Assembly: GCA_003990765.1 (NCBI GenBank)
Contig: RBNJ01000105.1
Span: forward strand, 1 to 41,482
Length of the DNA: 41,482 bases
DNA from: Jimgerdemannia flammicorona
Lineage: Eukaryota
Direction of reading: 5' to 3'
In this document: one piece after another, positions 1-13,784 of the stretch
Numbering within the stretch: the first letter of the stretch is position 1
How the letters are laid out: the number at the start of each line of letters is the position of its first letter
Notes under the pieces: generated by a model
Told to the model about the DNA's origin: nothing
Seen by the model: the letters and a program-made list of their open reading frames with translations, nothing else
The model's database searches: none
Program-made: the position numbers and the translations under genes

Positions 1-825
1 AAAAAACTAATATTACTGAAATATCTCAATACTAAAAACTCATTACTTATAAACACTGAGAACTCTTTTATGAGTACAGTATCTTTATTTTCTGTCTCTA
101 AGTTATTACTACTAAAATGGTTATTACTCTAACTTATAGTCAAATCAATCATATAGTATAAGAACTTAACTACAAATATATTAAGTATGCCAAACTACAG
201 ATAGACCTTTCCTGTATCTAGATAATCATATCTTGCAAATATCCTAAGTTTGATATACTATGAAGGATGTCTATAATATAATTTAGTTCAACAATAATAA
301 AGTAGAAGACAATGATCTCTCTGATATAGATATAACTCTAGCTAAGGATTCCCATCAACTCTGATTACTCTATCAATATTACTAATGAACTTATAATAGT
401 TTATAACTATTTATAAGACCTATTGGAATAATGACTACTGATATAAGTACTAATTTACATTTATATCTAACTACCTCAACTATAATAAAGAGACCAAAGA
501 ATACAATCTGTATCTCCAGACAACTCTTGAGATAGAAAACCCTATCTCTCAAGTATAAGTGATATGAAGAACAGCTGCCAGCTTATTATAACTCTACAAT
601 ATATAGTACTATAACCTACTGAAGGTATACTGATAGTGAATCTGATAAAAGCAAAGATGAAACACTTCTTCTCTACCTATCAATATCATATCCAGTATAC
701 AAAACAGATGATACTATCCTGTAGAATAACAACTTTGTTCCAATTAGTGCTCTGAATGGATGGAGTTGATTTGGATGAGATTTGATTCAGATTTATCATA
801 TGATGGATTTGAATCAACTTGGATT

Positions 826-985
826 GGTCTTGTGATCTGATCTGGATTGATCTGGATTGATCTGGATTGATCTGGATTGATCTATCCAGATTGATCTATC
901 TGGATTGATCTATCTGGATTAATCCATCTGAATTGATCCATCCAGACTGATCTGGATTGATCCATCTAGATTGATCTATATGAAT
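826..985. repeat. hAT subterminal tandem repeat (GATCTGGATT 10-mer grading into a 14-mer GATCYATCTGGATT)
   Basis: Directly visible array ~80 bp inside the left TIR. Confidence 0.9.
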
Positions 986-1449
986 TGAAATCTTTGGTGA
1001 CATCACCCTTTCTTTTTGTTCATTTTTGCTCTTGTTTTTTTTCCTGCTGCACTTTGGGTAACATCACCCTTTCTTTTGTTCCCTCTCTTCTTTTGTTCTT
1101 TCTTTGTTCTTTTTCTCTCCTGCTATATCACAAGTAAATAAAATAGCAGCTCTTAATCATATGTTGGTCTAGTCTACTCATTTTTTTACCCTGCGATAAT
1201 TGTCAAAAGAGAGAGTATTTGAGGTGGAAATGCACTCTCTGCTGACAATGTTAGATTCTTTCTCATATGGGCTCATTGAGAGTCAAAGAGGCAATAGTAG
1301 TAATAATGGCAGTAGTAATGACAGTAGTAATGGCAGAGATGAGAGAGAATTCTGGCAATGACTCATGGCAGCCCTTCAGACCTTAGAATTTACAGACCTC
1401 ATAGCTATGTATGTAGCAGCCTTTTTGGAGCAGCTAATAGTAGATGTAG

Positions 1450-3400
1450 GTTGCTCATTCTGCTACTACTTGTTTACTTATATTTATTTAATTTCCCCCA
1501 GTATGACTTAATTCACCTCATACTTTTCTTAGGGTCCATAGCTCTATGGCAAGATCTGCCGACTTTATTTGCAATATCTGGTCAAGATGAAGAAAGGTTG
1601 GCAGAAATTGTGGGGCATACTTTTGGTGGCTGAGCTGTTGAGTCAATACATTACATAATGGAGGTCTCAAAAGGAACAGAAGCAAGCCTTCATGAGCAAT
1701 CTTGTGCAACTTATACAACTCATCAATATACAACTCACTCACTCACTCACTCATACTCTTTTTCTGAAATACCTATCTCTGTGTTTTATTTAACTTCATT
1801 TTTTATATGATCTCCCCTAAAAAACACCCACATGATACCTGCATGCAACCTGTCTGCATGTAACCCATCCACATGCAACCCATCTGCATACAATCCATCT
1901 CCATGCAACCTATCCACATACTTATCTCAGTCCTTCAGATCAGAGCTCAGTTTTATTGGAAAGGAGAGTTCAAAGTTACCTAAGTTCAACCACATCCAGC
2001 ATCTGATCAAATAGAGAAATTTGAGGACAAGATGTTCACCTTGAGCAGTACCAACATCATCATCAAGGCTTGGGGTCTACATTTGAATCAGAGCCAATCA
2101 TTCTCAACCAAGGAGTCTATTGACCAGCAGGAGTAACCAATAATGAAGAGAACTATATCATTATTAATGATCATGGAGAGGTAGTTACAATGATAGTAAG
2201 GAATCTCTACAGCAATGAGCTTCATCACTATATCAATGAGGTTTGCAAGGATTGTGTCAAATACCAGGTGGTAGGAAAGAGGGGGTGAAAAAAACAAGAA
2301 GGGGGGGTTTGGATGAAAATTGGGTATACTGCAACACTGGTGAAGGATGGGTTCCAGATTTCTGAAATCCTCTGCACTCATCTCTCTTTTTTTTTTCACC
2401 TCTCCAGATAATCACTCTCTCTGCTGACATACTCTTTTTGATACAATTCTAGGGATACATGAGATTCTGTACTCCTACCAGAACTTTAGAAGTGTTATTG
2501 AAGAGCAAACTATATGTGAGCATGATATGGTCTGTGTAGTAATGGCAGCTATGATCTGGAGTTCTTTGAGCAGACTGGTAGAGTGTATGACAGACCAGCT
2601 TGGTGGTGATCTCAGCATAGCTGTACATATATTCTTGGTGCAATTTAGCATATCATATGAGGTGAGGAGCTCCACTTTTTTAGTGCTGTAGCCTGGGGGT
2701 TTCTGCCCCTCCATATGCAAAAAGGACTGACCAGATGCTGTCTATCTAGCAGGTTTTTAAGCTGGAACTCCCAGGGCTGGACCAAGAGCAGGTATCCACC
2801 AGCACAGTCTAGCAGTATGAGATCCTGGGCCAAGGGTTCACCCAATCATATGCTTATGTCACATCAGAATATATTGGGTGCAACATTTCTCTGTCTATAC
2901 ACACAGACAACAACATCACCTTAGTAATGTTTTATATTCCAGAAAGGAAGGGCCCAACCTGGGAGAATAGTAGTAAAGTCTGATATGACCTCACCTACAG
3001 TTTTAAGATTCTGTTTGTAGTCAACATAGCTATCCTATTCTAACTACATGACCACTATGGTACTATCACCTTCAAGGAGAGCTTAGATACAATAGTTATC
3101 ACACTCATAATAAATGACAGGCTCATCAAGGCCTGGGACCAGCAGGTGGAGCAGTTTTTCTGAGGGTTAGATAATCTTTCATAAGGGTTCAGTAGTTATT
3201 TTATATAGATTGGGCAGTTTTTTATAGAGAGTTGGGCTAGTAGTTAGGTGCCTCTTCTGTAGTACTAGTTTAGCCATTATGCTGGGCCCTACTGGCCCCT
3301 TGGCCCTACTCTGTAGTGCTACCAGTGCAGTACTGTAGCACAGGGCCAGTGTGCTCATGGGACCCAAACCAATGATAGAGCCCAAATCTGTGGTAGACTT
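1450..3400 (-). pseudogene. Degenerate multi-exon passenger gene of unknown function inside the hAT
   Basis: Series of co-oriented minus-strand coding-like segments (ORF track 3179-3403, 2645-2845, 2475-2720, 2088-2399, 1518-1742; also EKLLHLLVPGLDEPVIYYECDNY ~3090-3160) separated by short intron-like low-complexity tracts. No domain recognised. Confidence 0.4.
1838..1920. repeat. 15-bp tandem repeat (CATGCAACCCATCTG-like, ~5 copies)
   Basis: Visible array; accounts for the spurious ORF 1832-2014. Confidence 0.85.
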
Positions 3401-3401
3401 C

Positions 3402-3563
3402 AACTGCTAGAAGTACCCTCCAATCACCAGAAATACCCTCCAACTACCAGAAGCACCCTCTGACTGCCAGAAGTACCCTCTGATCACCAGAAATACCCTC
3501 CAATCACCGGAAGCACCCTCTGATTGCTGGAAGCACCCTCTGACCACCAAAAATACCCTCCAA
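3402..3563. repeat. 20-bp tandem repeat (CACCAGAAGCACCCTCCRAY-like, ~8 copies)
   Basis: Visible array; copies differ almost only by transitions. Confidence 0.9.
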
Positions 3564-3584
3564 CCCAGACTTAGACTTCTTGGT

Positions 3585-4112
3585 GGCTTGGGGTTGCTCT
3601 TATGCTACTGGTAAAGAACTGCAAATTTTGTATGCTCTCTCTGCCAACCCCACTGACCCCTGGCCTAGATATAGGCTACTTAGGGGTATCCTATGTAGCT
3701 GGTGGAGGGCTGCAAATTTTGTATGCTCTCTTCACCAACTCTCCCATCCCAGACACTGTGGTTTGGGGCTGCCCCTTACTGCTGGTGGAGGGCCACAAAT
3801 TATGCATGCTCTCTCTACTGACCCTGCACCCACTGATCCAGATACTGACAGCTTGGGGCTGCCCCTTGCTACTAGTAGAGGGCTGCAAATTTTGCATACT
3901 CCCTCTGCCTACCTTGCCCCCTCTACCTACCCCTCCACCCCAGTCACTTATGGCTTGAGGCTGCTCCTTGCTACTGGTAGAGAGCTGCAAATTTTGTGTG
4001 TTCTCTCCACTGACCCTGTGCCCACTGGCCCCACCCACTGACCTAGGCACTGACAGCTTGGAGCTACCTCTGCTACTGGTGGAGGGCCACAAATTTTGCA
4101 CACTCTCTCTGC
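3585..4112. repeat. ~85-115-bp spaced repeat (core GGGGCTGCCCCTTGCTACTGGTRGAGGGCTGCAAATTTTG, 6 copies)
   Basis: Core recurs near 3590, 3683, 3765, 3855, 3958 and 4060; the minus strand reads repeated xQNLQPSTSSKGQPQ. Confidence 0.9.
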
Positions 4113-4244
4113 TGCCACCAACCCCACACTGCTCCTACTTAGGTCACAAACTCCAGACCAAGTTCTAAGTTTTTTTTATTCCTTTTATTTTTGAAGTATT
4201 AAATAGTCCACAAGATCAATTTAACTTATCAGTGAACCCCAGAA

Positions 4245-6790
4245 TCTGTTAAATTTTAGTAGCCCAAGCCCCACTAAGATTTCAGACATATACATGCCTG
4301 GATTGTCTCAGTATTCAGTACACATCTCTTAGGGGCAATGAGATCCACCCTACATGAGGACATCTGCTTGACAGGAGTACTGGAGACAGGAATCACTAGG
4401 TAGTCCCAAGCCATACCACACAGGCTGGGGAAGTCTGTTTGATGCAGCTACACACTCTAGTGGGTAGGGCAGTGGTTAGAATAGTGGATTAAATTGGCCC
4501 AATGCAATCAACCATCTGCCTAACAACTCACCTTCCACCAGTTGAGCACCTCTGTACCCTCTAGTAGGATCATGTGGTTGCTGGTGAGATAAATGGTGAG
4601 TTTGTCTATTGACAGCAGCTCTTTTACTGATGGCTCCCTCTTTCTCTTTCTGCTGAAGTAAATGTGGGACAGGAGGGATCTCTCAGCATATTCATCCAGA
4701 CTTCAGCCAGAACCTTGTGGCAGTGCATAGTTTTTCCAGTATATTTCAATTATGGCCTGCTTGGTTCTCTCAATGAAGTACTGCTCCCAGCCATGATCTT
4801 TATGGTATTGTAGCTTTAAGCATGGGTCCAGCACTGTTTGGAGAAAGAGAGTGAGGTTTTGTAAGAGTTTTTCTGTTTTTGGAACAGACAATGGCCACAT
4901 GCTGACATACCTGTACTAATTGAGTATATGACAGTATCTGTTTTGGAGTAGTATTTTCTGAGCTTACTTAGAGTAACCTTTATGACATCTCTCTGATCTG
5001 GGCTTAACCATAAATCACTGCAACCCTCCAGCCTGTTCTTGAGCTTATCCTCTAGCTGGTCAATTCAAAGGTTGTATACTGATATTGCAGAGCTTATTGT
5101 TAGAGTCGTTTGTTTGACTATATCCTTTATACAATTGTTGAAACACTAGCAGTTATGTGCAGTGAGGTATTATATTGTGCTGAGGCAGATAAAATGAGTA
5201 TGGAGCCAGAGCAATTACTACTTATTTCCAAAACTCTGATAATATTCCTAAGTATATCCCACTTGCTTTCATCTAGAGCCTCACCCTATATTTCCTTATT
5301 GGCAGCTACTGTGGAATCTATTGGCTTTTTTTGTTTTGTTTTTTGTTTTTTGTTTTTTGTTTTTTTTTTAAAAAAAAATCTTTAATCATCCAAAACAAGT
5401 TGCTTCAGCCAACTGAAGAAAAAAGAATGCATACTACAGCAAACTTCAGTACATACTGGATCATTGTAAATGTTGAGTTCCAATATATACAGACATTCAA
5501 TATAAGCTCTTTCAGAGCTAAACTGATTGCCCTACACTATGCAGCAAATTTGTCTTGTTGTTGTAGAGATGATCAGACTGATACAACCAGTTTGTATAGC
5601 TTGGAAACTATACTTAGAGCCCCTCCTCTCTCAGATATTTTGTCTATATATATAAGATAGTTCTGAATAGCGAGGTTCAGTATGTGGGCCTGGTATCATA
5701 TATAACAGCTTTCTGTACTAAAGGCCACATTTTTCTGTTTAAGGCTGGCTACTAAAACTTGGAAAAATATTGAGTTGTTTGTAGTATTGTCTGTCATAAT
5801 AGCCAAAATCTGTACTTGAAATATTTGGTCAGCAGATTTATGTGAAAATAAATAACTAATAAAATCTGTTTTGTTTTAGGACCTCTCTCAAAATGCCAAC
5901 CTGACAGCAAGCCCTCCTTTTTACCTTAGTTGTGATTCCAAGCTCCTGGATACAACTAATAAATGCATCTGGGATATTGTCTCCAGAATGAGGGTCCACA
6001 AGTTTGATGAAGTCAAGGGTGAGAGATTTAAGCTACTAATTGAGGTCAATCCAATAACTGGTAATGCTCAGAAATGAAATTATATTGGGGGATGTCTATG
6101 TATTGATTGTAAATAAAATTTTGCCTGCCAAATTCTGCTTATTGAATATGAGATTAAATTGGTGAGCTCTTTATAAATATATATATATATAATTCAGCTT
6201 GCAAAGATCATAGTGCTGCTCTTATTTATTTATTTTACCTAAAGTGTCTGATGGAGATTGTCTTGCTCCTTCCTATAGGCCTCTAGGACCTCTTTGCAAA
6301 TAGTGTCAGCACTTGACAAATATAAATCATGCTTGAGGAGGCAAAAGATACTATACAATTGATCACTCTTGATGGTTGTAAATGGCTAATCTGTATACAC
6401 AATCTAATGAATGAGCCAATTTTGAAATTCTACCAAAGAGTATAGCTAAATATTTTTGATTAAATGGGGTTGTTGATACAGAAATGGTCAGGCAATTGAA
6501 TAAACATATCCACTATAGCTTGGATATCAATTTTATTTATCTCCATGTTCTTTTTGATTTTATCAGAGTGCTTGTCTTTTATATATCAATATATGTTCAA
6601 AGTTGAACTACTAAGTATTTTGAACTTCTGGCTATGCAGTTTATGGGGGTAGATGAAAAAGTATCATGTATGTGTCAAACCAAAGTATCAGTTATATGTC
6701 TTCTTTTTTTTTTTAATTTTTTACCTATAATAGTTACAAACAACATCATCTCTTATCTTAGCACAATGTTGTCAGATTTCAGAGCAAGGA
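4245..6790 (-). pseudogene. hAT transposase pseudogene (intron-containing, many stops)
   Basis: Minus-strand motifs in the expected order: TINT*TSPN..FLSITSYWID (~6050-6110, cf. TxDxWTS), HSGDNI (~5975-5992), ILAIMTDN (~5787-5810), AHILNLAIQ (~5663-5690), VLDPCLKLQY (ORF 4703-4900), and the dimerisation domain FPSLCGMAWDYLVIPVSSTPV...ETIQACICLKS (~4275-4435). Confidence 0.9.
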
Positions 6791-6964
6791 TTACATAGAA
6801 GATGTGGAACTATTGGGGATGTTTGACTTGAAGCATCATCAGTACTGTGAACTGTTGAAGACTGATCTATCAATATGTATTTGTATGTGTATACATGTGT
6901 ATTTGCATATGTATTTGTATGTGTATATATTGTGTATATAGATGTATCTGGAATATGAGTTATG

Positions 6965-7215
6965 TAGAGGATTTAGATTGGAGAATTTAGTTGAAGGATT
7001 CAGGTGAGAATTCAGATTGAAGGATTCAAATTAGAGGATTCAAATTGGAGGATTCAAATTAGAGGATTCAGATTGAGTGATTCAGATTGAGTGATTCAGA
7101 TTGAGTGATTTGGATTAAGTGATTTGGATTGAGTGATTCAGATTGAGTGGTTCAGATGGGGTAGTTCAGATAGAGTGATTTGGATGGATAATTTGAATAG
7201 AGCAATTCAGATAGC
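6965..7215. repeat. hAT subterminal tandem repeat (TTCAGATTGAGTGA / TTCAAATTRGAGGA, 14-bp unit)
   Basis: Visible array just inside the right TIR. Confidence 0.9.
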
Positions 7216-7860
7216 TTTGGATTTGAGATTCAGATCAAACTGTCATGTGACAAATTGAATCCAGATTTGATTTAAATTGACTCATTCAGAGCACTAGTTC
7301 CAATATACTATTATATAGACAAATAAGGAGATATAATCCCAAAACCACTCTTTTTAGATGACTACTTTATCAAAGATAATATCATTAATATGACCTCATT
7401 AAAGAGTATTCAGATAGTATATAAACCTATAAATAGCTTAGCAGTCATTAGTATAGTTAGATTAGCTCTATATTATGAGGCTGTATATTGACTCAGCAGT
7501 CAGTTGATCTCTTGATATATCAGTTAACACTTATACTATATAATGATATTCTGACTTATTAAGCACTAAAATACTATACTCAATTTTAGTCTAGTCCAGA
7601 TAGCCTTCCATTAGTATAAATATCCCCTCCCCCAAATCTCAGAAACTCAGACATAAATAGATAAGAATATAACTAAGAATCAGATGAACACTTTCTCTAA
7701 CAAATATCCATTCATATATTACTTCTAGTATTAGCCAATAGCAATATTATAAATAGTAAATAAATCTATTAAATAATTCATAAACTACTCTTAACTAAAC
7801 CTATACTATATTAGGTTCCACTCTTAATTAAATTTAGAAATTTCTTAATTTAGTATTATC

Positions 7861-8120
7861 TGTAGTAATATATTGATTCAACTAAGCTAATCTTAGTTTA
7901 TTGAACTTTCTGAAATAAGAAAAATTCTGAATATTCAGAATAAGTCTGAGAAAGGACTTTAGTTAAAATAATAACCCAATCTTGAAATCAATAAGTATAG
8001 AGAATATACTCAATATGAAATTGATCTTGACCTTAAGAAAATAGTCTTCTAGAATATCCTAAACTTTTAGAAAATTCTTTCAAAACTATGCAACAGTACT
8101 TTAACAAAGTACTCTTTACA
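7861..8120 (-). mobile_element. Probable 3' LTR (260 bp) of a truncated LTR retrotransposon
   Basis: TGTA...TACA termini; minus-strand polypurine tract GAGAGAGGAGGGAG (8123-8136) immediately upstream; minus-strand AATAAA near 7900. No partner LTR in the window. Confidence 0.6.
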
Positions 8121-9659
8121 AACTCCCTCCTCTCTCAGATCTACTAACTGCTCACCTATCTTCTGACCCCCACCACTTATCTCTATCAACTTATCCCAGA
8201 ACTCCTCAGATATATCCTATAGCTTAAGCTCTGGATCTATATTTAGAACCCTATATATAACTAGAGTCTCAGTCTTCATCTGATCTCCCTCAACCATAGT
8301 ACTCCTCCTTTGGACCACTCCTATTGCTAGATTATTACTCTCTAGCCTTATCCTCTTTTCAGCTCAGATACTGGTCATTATCTCTATTCCTTCAGTATCT
8401 AGACAATCTTTAGCCTCCCATCCAAGTCTGCTAGGAGATTCTTCTACCTCTATCTCTTCTGAGCCTTCTCTCATATAGTCTGATCTAGCTATACCCTCTT
8501 GTTATTAATAATCTCTACAACTGTCCTAGTCTCATACTCCTTCCAGACTACTCTGTACTACTTTATCACTTCTATAAGATCTTTTAGAGACTCTAGTAAG
8601 TTCTTCTCCTCCTCTAGAGTCTTCTTTACTCTTGATATCTTATACTTAATAAAGTTCTACTTTAATACTACTAGTCAGTTCCTTGTCTTCTCTGTATTCT
8701 CCTTCTCAGCTAGCTATATCTTAATATCTATATTATCTATTCTGAACTCTATTCTTTCTTATACTCAGAAGCTGATATCTATCATATACTCATATTTCTT
8801 CACTATATTTACAATTAGCTTCTTTGTCACCTCTCTCCTCACTATAGAAATATTTACCATTACTAGCTAGAGCTTTATCTCAAATATCTTACTATTGGAA
8901 CTACTATCTCTCCAAATACTACTCTCTTCTTCAGTATCTCCAGCATGAGCCCCTCTTTCTCAAATTTCACTTTTATCCCTTCCAATTCTTGTAGAAATAT
9001 CACTGAGGCAGCCTTCTTTATCTGTTGGATCAGTAGTCTTAGAACCAACTTTGCTATAATTGTTTAGCCCCTGAAGTACAAGTTGACTATAAATTCTGAT
9101 ACTGATTTCTTGAGTAATAGTACTACTACTAGGTCTGTTATACTATCTACCAAATTACTAGGCCTTATATTATCTACAAACTCAGCTCTCTCATTAGCTA
9201 TCATATTTGAATTTTTTTTTCCAAATAGCTATCATACAACTATCAGCAGTCTCCCTCTTCTCTCTAGCTACTACTCTACCAGCTCTATCACTCTAGCCCT
9301 CCAGAGTAGCTCTACCAGATTCTGTGACTATTGTCTTTCCCTTCTCTCTTCTCAGCTATATATCTAGCTCTGCAGATATACCTCTAATCTTAATATTATT
9401 AGCAAAGCTCATTCTTCTCATTTTCAGCCCCCCTCCTCCTGATCTTCTGCTACTTCTGGCCCTACTACTACTCTTACAAGAGTCTACAGAGCTCTCCCCT
9501 ACACTATACTTCCTCTCTATATACTGTTAGTTGAATATACTAGAGATCTTCTGCTCAGCACACTCCTCTAAGTTTTGAGTTAATGATATATTGCTAGTAT
9601 ATTTCTCAAGAAAACTATATTGAAAGGTTGAGAATTTATTATATAATCTAAATAATAGC

Positions 9660-12600
9660 TACTTATTGGTCCTTTCTATCTGTCTATTTCTCTATAGATA
9701 ATAAGCTGTAATTTAAAATTTAAATGTGCTAAATCTTATACTTCTTGTATAGAATCTAAAGAGCTGATTTATAAATTCTATTCCTCTATTCATTATTACT
9801 TACTTTGGTATCTTGAATTAGCAAATGATTTCTCTATAAAAAATAAATCTGCAATTAACTATATATTGGCTTCTTTAAGGAGTCCTGCTTCTATCCATTT
9901 TGTAAAGAGATCTCTGGTGACAATGATATATCAGTTATCAGTTAATATTACAGATAGTGGGTTAATTACATCTATTATAATATAGATAAATAGTACTAGT
10001 TCTATGTCTACTAATTCTTATGTCTGATTTTATTAATCTTACTTCTATTTTTAATATTTATTACAGATCTTGACAAATCATCTGATATATTTCTCTATTC
10101 TAGACCACTATATTGTTCTTCTTATCTTATTATAGATATTTATTCCTTCTAGATAGCTAAGTTTATATACTAACTTTATTGTTTATTCCTTCTTATACTC
10201 TGATATAACTAGTAGTTTTTCTTTCTTTAGTATTTCTTTATCAGTTTTGAATTATTTTAAGATTCTATTAATAATCATTTATATTCTATCTTCTAGATAT
10301 TGGGGCATCTTCTAATATCTCAGATAGGTAATAATTTTATAGTAGAGTTTCTTATTTATTTTGGTTTTGCTGATTATAGATTATTTGGAATATCTATTAG
10401 AGTACTTTTGTATTGATATTAGCTCTTCTCAAGTAGTATATAATAATTATATTATAGGCTTACAGCCTCATGATCTATCTGATAAATATTTCTTTAGATT
10501 TACTTATGGTCAATAACTAGGTGAGAGCTGAATAGTTAGTTAGAATAGTGAAGTATCTTCTAGTAAGATAGTAGTGGAACTTTTCTATAGTCCAGATGAC
10601 TACAAAATACTCTAATATAGAATTTATATTCTTTTTCATTTTTGTAGATTTTTTAGCTAAGATATAAAATTATATATTTAACTTTATCCTCTTTTATATA
10701 AGGACTACTCTTAGGTCAATTGGGCTTATATCTGTCTGTAAGATGAACTTTTGAGATTAGTCAGATTGTCTCAAAATAGGTATCTGGATCAAATAGACCT
10801 TGAGATATTTGAAGGCTTATTACTACTTGTCAGTCTATTGAAACTTGATATCTTTCTTGAATAGTTTATAGATAGCCTATGATATTGAAAAATCCTTTAA
10901 TAAATCTTTTACAATAAGTATAAGTCCTATGAAAGCTTGAGCTTCAGTGACTATAGTGGGTCTTAGATAGACTACAACTACATGAATCTTGATAGAATCT
11001 GTATAGATTCTAGTCTAATTAATGATATATTCAAAGTAGAGATTTTGATTTCTGCAAACTTATATTTTTTTTAGCTTAATGAATAGACTGTGCTCTCTTA
11101 GTTTCTACAAAATTTAATATATGTAATTTAGATATTTCTTAGCTGTCTTACTGAAGATAATTATATCATCTATATAGATTATCATCTATTTTGTCATATT
11201 TTCTCAGAATATCTTATTTATCATTCTCTAAAAACTTACTGAGGTATTATATATGTATTCTAAATGGTATTCACAGATAGATATAGGTTCTATCTGGTAT
11301 AATGAAGACTGAATTTTTGCTGGCTTCTTTAGTAAGACTGATTTGATAGAATCCTAAATATAATCCAAAGTGATATAGTATTATACTTCATCTCTTGATA
11401 TTACCAGGATATTACTGATGAGTGGCAGTAGTTATTGATCCTTTTTGGTAACTTTATTGAGTTTTCTGTAGTCTGTACAGAGTTTTGGGGTAAATTCTTC
11501 TGACTTACTTTCTTTCTTCAGAGCTAGTATGATTGGTAATAACTATGGGCTAATGGCTTTCTTGATAATATTAACTTCTTTTATCTGCTTAATTTGTTCT
11601 TTGAACTATTCATGATATACTAGTGAAATTGGTCTTACTCTTTAGTAGATTGGCTCAGTGTCTCCTATGTTTACATTATAATAGTAGTATGGTATCTTTT
11701 TTTTAATATTCTTGAAATTAGTGACAAGGATATTTTTAAATTTATACAATAGCTTCTTGAGTTCTTTTTAGAATAAAAATTCATTTCCAATAGTATAGCT
11801 ATATTTTTTTGCAATTTTCTTATTTTTGTAGTCCAGATCAGTAATCTTAGTACTGATGAAAACTTCTTTTTCTATAGATCAGAATTCTTTTATCTTTCTG
11901 TTTTCTCTAACTTCTTTACTTCTAATATCTTGAATTGTAATCTATACAGATCAGCATTTATATAAGTTTCTTAACTATAAATAAAATTATAAAGTTGTAG
12001 TTTCTAGTAATATGTAAGTAGAATTTCTCTAATGTAATCAGAATTAATAACTCCTCCTTTAATCCAAATTTTGCTCTTAGTCAGGCTACTTCTTATCTTG
12101 AGTATTCCAACATATATAGTTCTTGGGAATAGTTATTTCTAGACCAGTTACAAGTAGAGTAGTTGTCTGAGGTTGAAGAATTATCTCCTTAACTATAGTA
12201 ATATCTATTCTAGCTATATTTTCTGACTTATATTCTAACAGAACTGCATCAGGATGAATCTTTTAAATCTTGATTTTGATGTCTTCTTTATCATCACTAT
12301 CCTTTAAAAGAGCTAGTGATTTATTCTCCTGATCTTCTTTTCTTATTACTTCTATCTTCTTTTCTTCTTCTTATAATAAATTTTATAGATCTTAGTAATA
12401 TATTAATAGCACTCATCTATATACTTCATATAGTATATCTAAATTCCATAGAGACAGACTTATTGTAGTATATATCTTTCAGCAATCTTTTTGCTTTAAT
12501 CTTCTTAATAACTATATAGGCCTCTTCTTGCCTGCTGACTTTTTTCTCTATTTCAGAGAGTACTTCTATATTAATATTGATTGAAATTCACATCTTTTCC

Positions 12601-13542
12601 CTTAGTAGACAATCTGCATCTTCTGAAAATTTATATTAATTATAGTCTTAGATTTGTGAAGCCACTGGTTGATAATATTGGTCTATTTATAATTCCTAAT
12701 AGTATTGCTTAGCTGGGCCTTACACTTAGTCTTGCTTATACATTTATAAGAGTAGTAGTCTTCTTTTCTACAAGTATAGCAGATTTCTCTCTTTTTATCT
12801 GTAATGGCAGTAAACTTCTAAACTGGGTGATAGTCTTTTCCTCTGATTTTCTTTACTATATCTTCCAGATATTCAGTCATTTTGATAAACTCTTGGCAAG
12901 TTCTCTATAGGATTGCTATTCCTCTATTACTCTATAGTATTTAGCTGAGGTATATTTGAATTGATTATAGTTATTGAGATTATTCTAATTACCTTAGATG
13001 CTTTAACTCTGACTCTAGTGACTTTCTCTATTTTATAGTCTTGAGAGTGTCTGACTATGTAATATCACTGAGCATATGTCACTTTTAAGGACTAGTAGTA
13101 TTGATCAGATTTCTATAGCTATCTCTGAGTAAATTTTCTTTATAAAGATTGCTTCAGCTACTTAATCTTTAATGATATCAACATAATTGATCAGAATTAT
13201 CTAATAGAGATTCAAGTATAGAAGGTATTTGAGTCTTTATTTATTTCTTAGTAGATAGTATTAAGTTAGTCCTTCAGAGTCTTCTTGATTTCATCTATAT
13301 AATAGATAGCTTATAGCTAGATCTTTTTTGCTATTAGTATTGCAGTATTATTATTTTCAGCATAATTCACAGTTATAAATATAGCTCTTGCTATATAGTT
13401 CTCAGAGACTGAATAGTATAGAAGTTATTTGCTATTTTACTATCAGAGGTCTTATGATAGTATATTGTTCAAAATTATCAAGAAAAGTAATAATTAATTC
13501 ATCAGAGATTTATAGAATACTAGTGGTCTCATATCTATCTAT
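9660..13542 (-). mobile_element. Ty3/Gypsy element B, internal gag-PR-dUTPase-RT-RNaseH-IN region, heavily decayed and 3'-truncated
   Basis: Minus-strand RT start KAISP*LLPIILALKKESKSEEFTPKLCTDYRKLNKVTKKD (~11438-11560) matches element A (QAISPWASPIVLASKKGSKPGEFAPKLCIDYRKLN). Integrase TAYYL*RNRQIERTNK (~9662-9712). dUTPase remnant present. Confidence 0.9.
11865..12280 (-). pseudogene. dUTPase domain of element B
   Basis: IHPDAVLLEYKSENIARIDI...LQPQTTTLLVTGLEI...ILKIRSSLTKSKIWIKGGVINSDYIREI is colinear with the dUTPase of element A. Confidence 0.85.
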
Positions 13543-13784
13543 TGTAATAGTGACACCTGAATGATAACATCAGCACAGAAGACAGTCTTTCCTTGCAAGC
13601 CACCAGATCAAAGTATAAGAAGATCATATGGCATATGAGATGAGCAATGATGATCAACTGTAAGTCATTGTGACTATAGTACAAGCATCCTGAGAAATAT
13701 AAAAGAAGAATCAAGGAACCACAGTAACAGTAACCAATAAGACCCACTAATCCCAAAATAGCTCAAAGACTCACTACAAATGAA

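Larger units (their letters stand above)
745..7296 (-). mobile_element. hAT-superfamily DNA transposon, full length, degenerate
   Basis: Perfect 14-bp TIRs TAGTGCTCTGAATG (745-758) / CATTCAGAGCACTA (7283-7296); identical 8-bp TSD GTTCCAAT at 737-744 and 7297-7304; subterminal tandem repeats at both ends; hAT transposase motifs inside. Confidence 0.95.

Noticed and set aside
1-736. Possible decayed retroelement protease region hosting the hAT (continuing 7305-7860)
   Set aside because: Only vague motif echoes; too eroded to support a call.
3402-4112. Spaced repeats resembling a CRISPR array
   Set aside because: Repeats are long, degenerate and irregularly spaced; the spacers resemble each other; no cas genes; eukaryotic TE context.
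7621-7636. Second PPT-like tract (ATCCCCTCCCCC)
   Set aside because: No clear adjoining LTR terminus or partner repeat could be defined.
8499-9530. Hydrophobic Ser/Leu/Ile-rich plus-strand ORFs resembling membrane or Env proteins
   Set aside because: Antisense shadows of a purine-rich minus strand in C>T-eroded DNA; non-ATG starts and no motifs.
13535-13756. Minus-strand ORFs duplicated at 22073-22273, and likewise 14328-14638 / 22844-23154
   Set aside because: The duplication is explained simply by the LTR repeat; no independent coding evidence.
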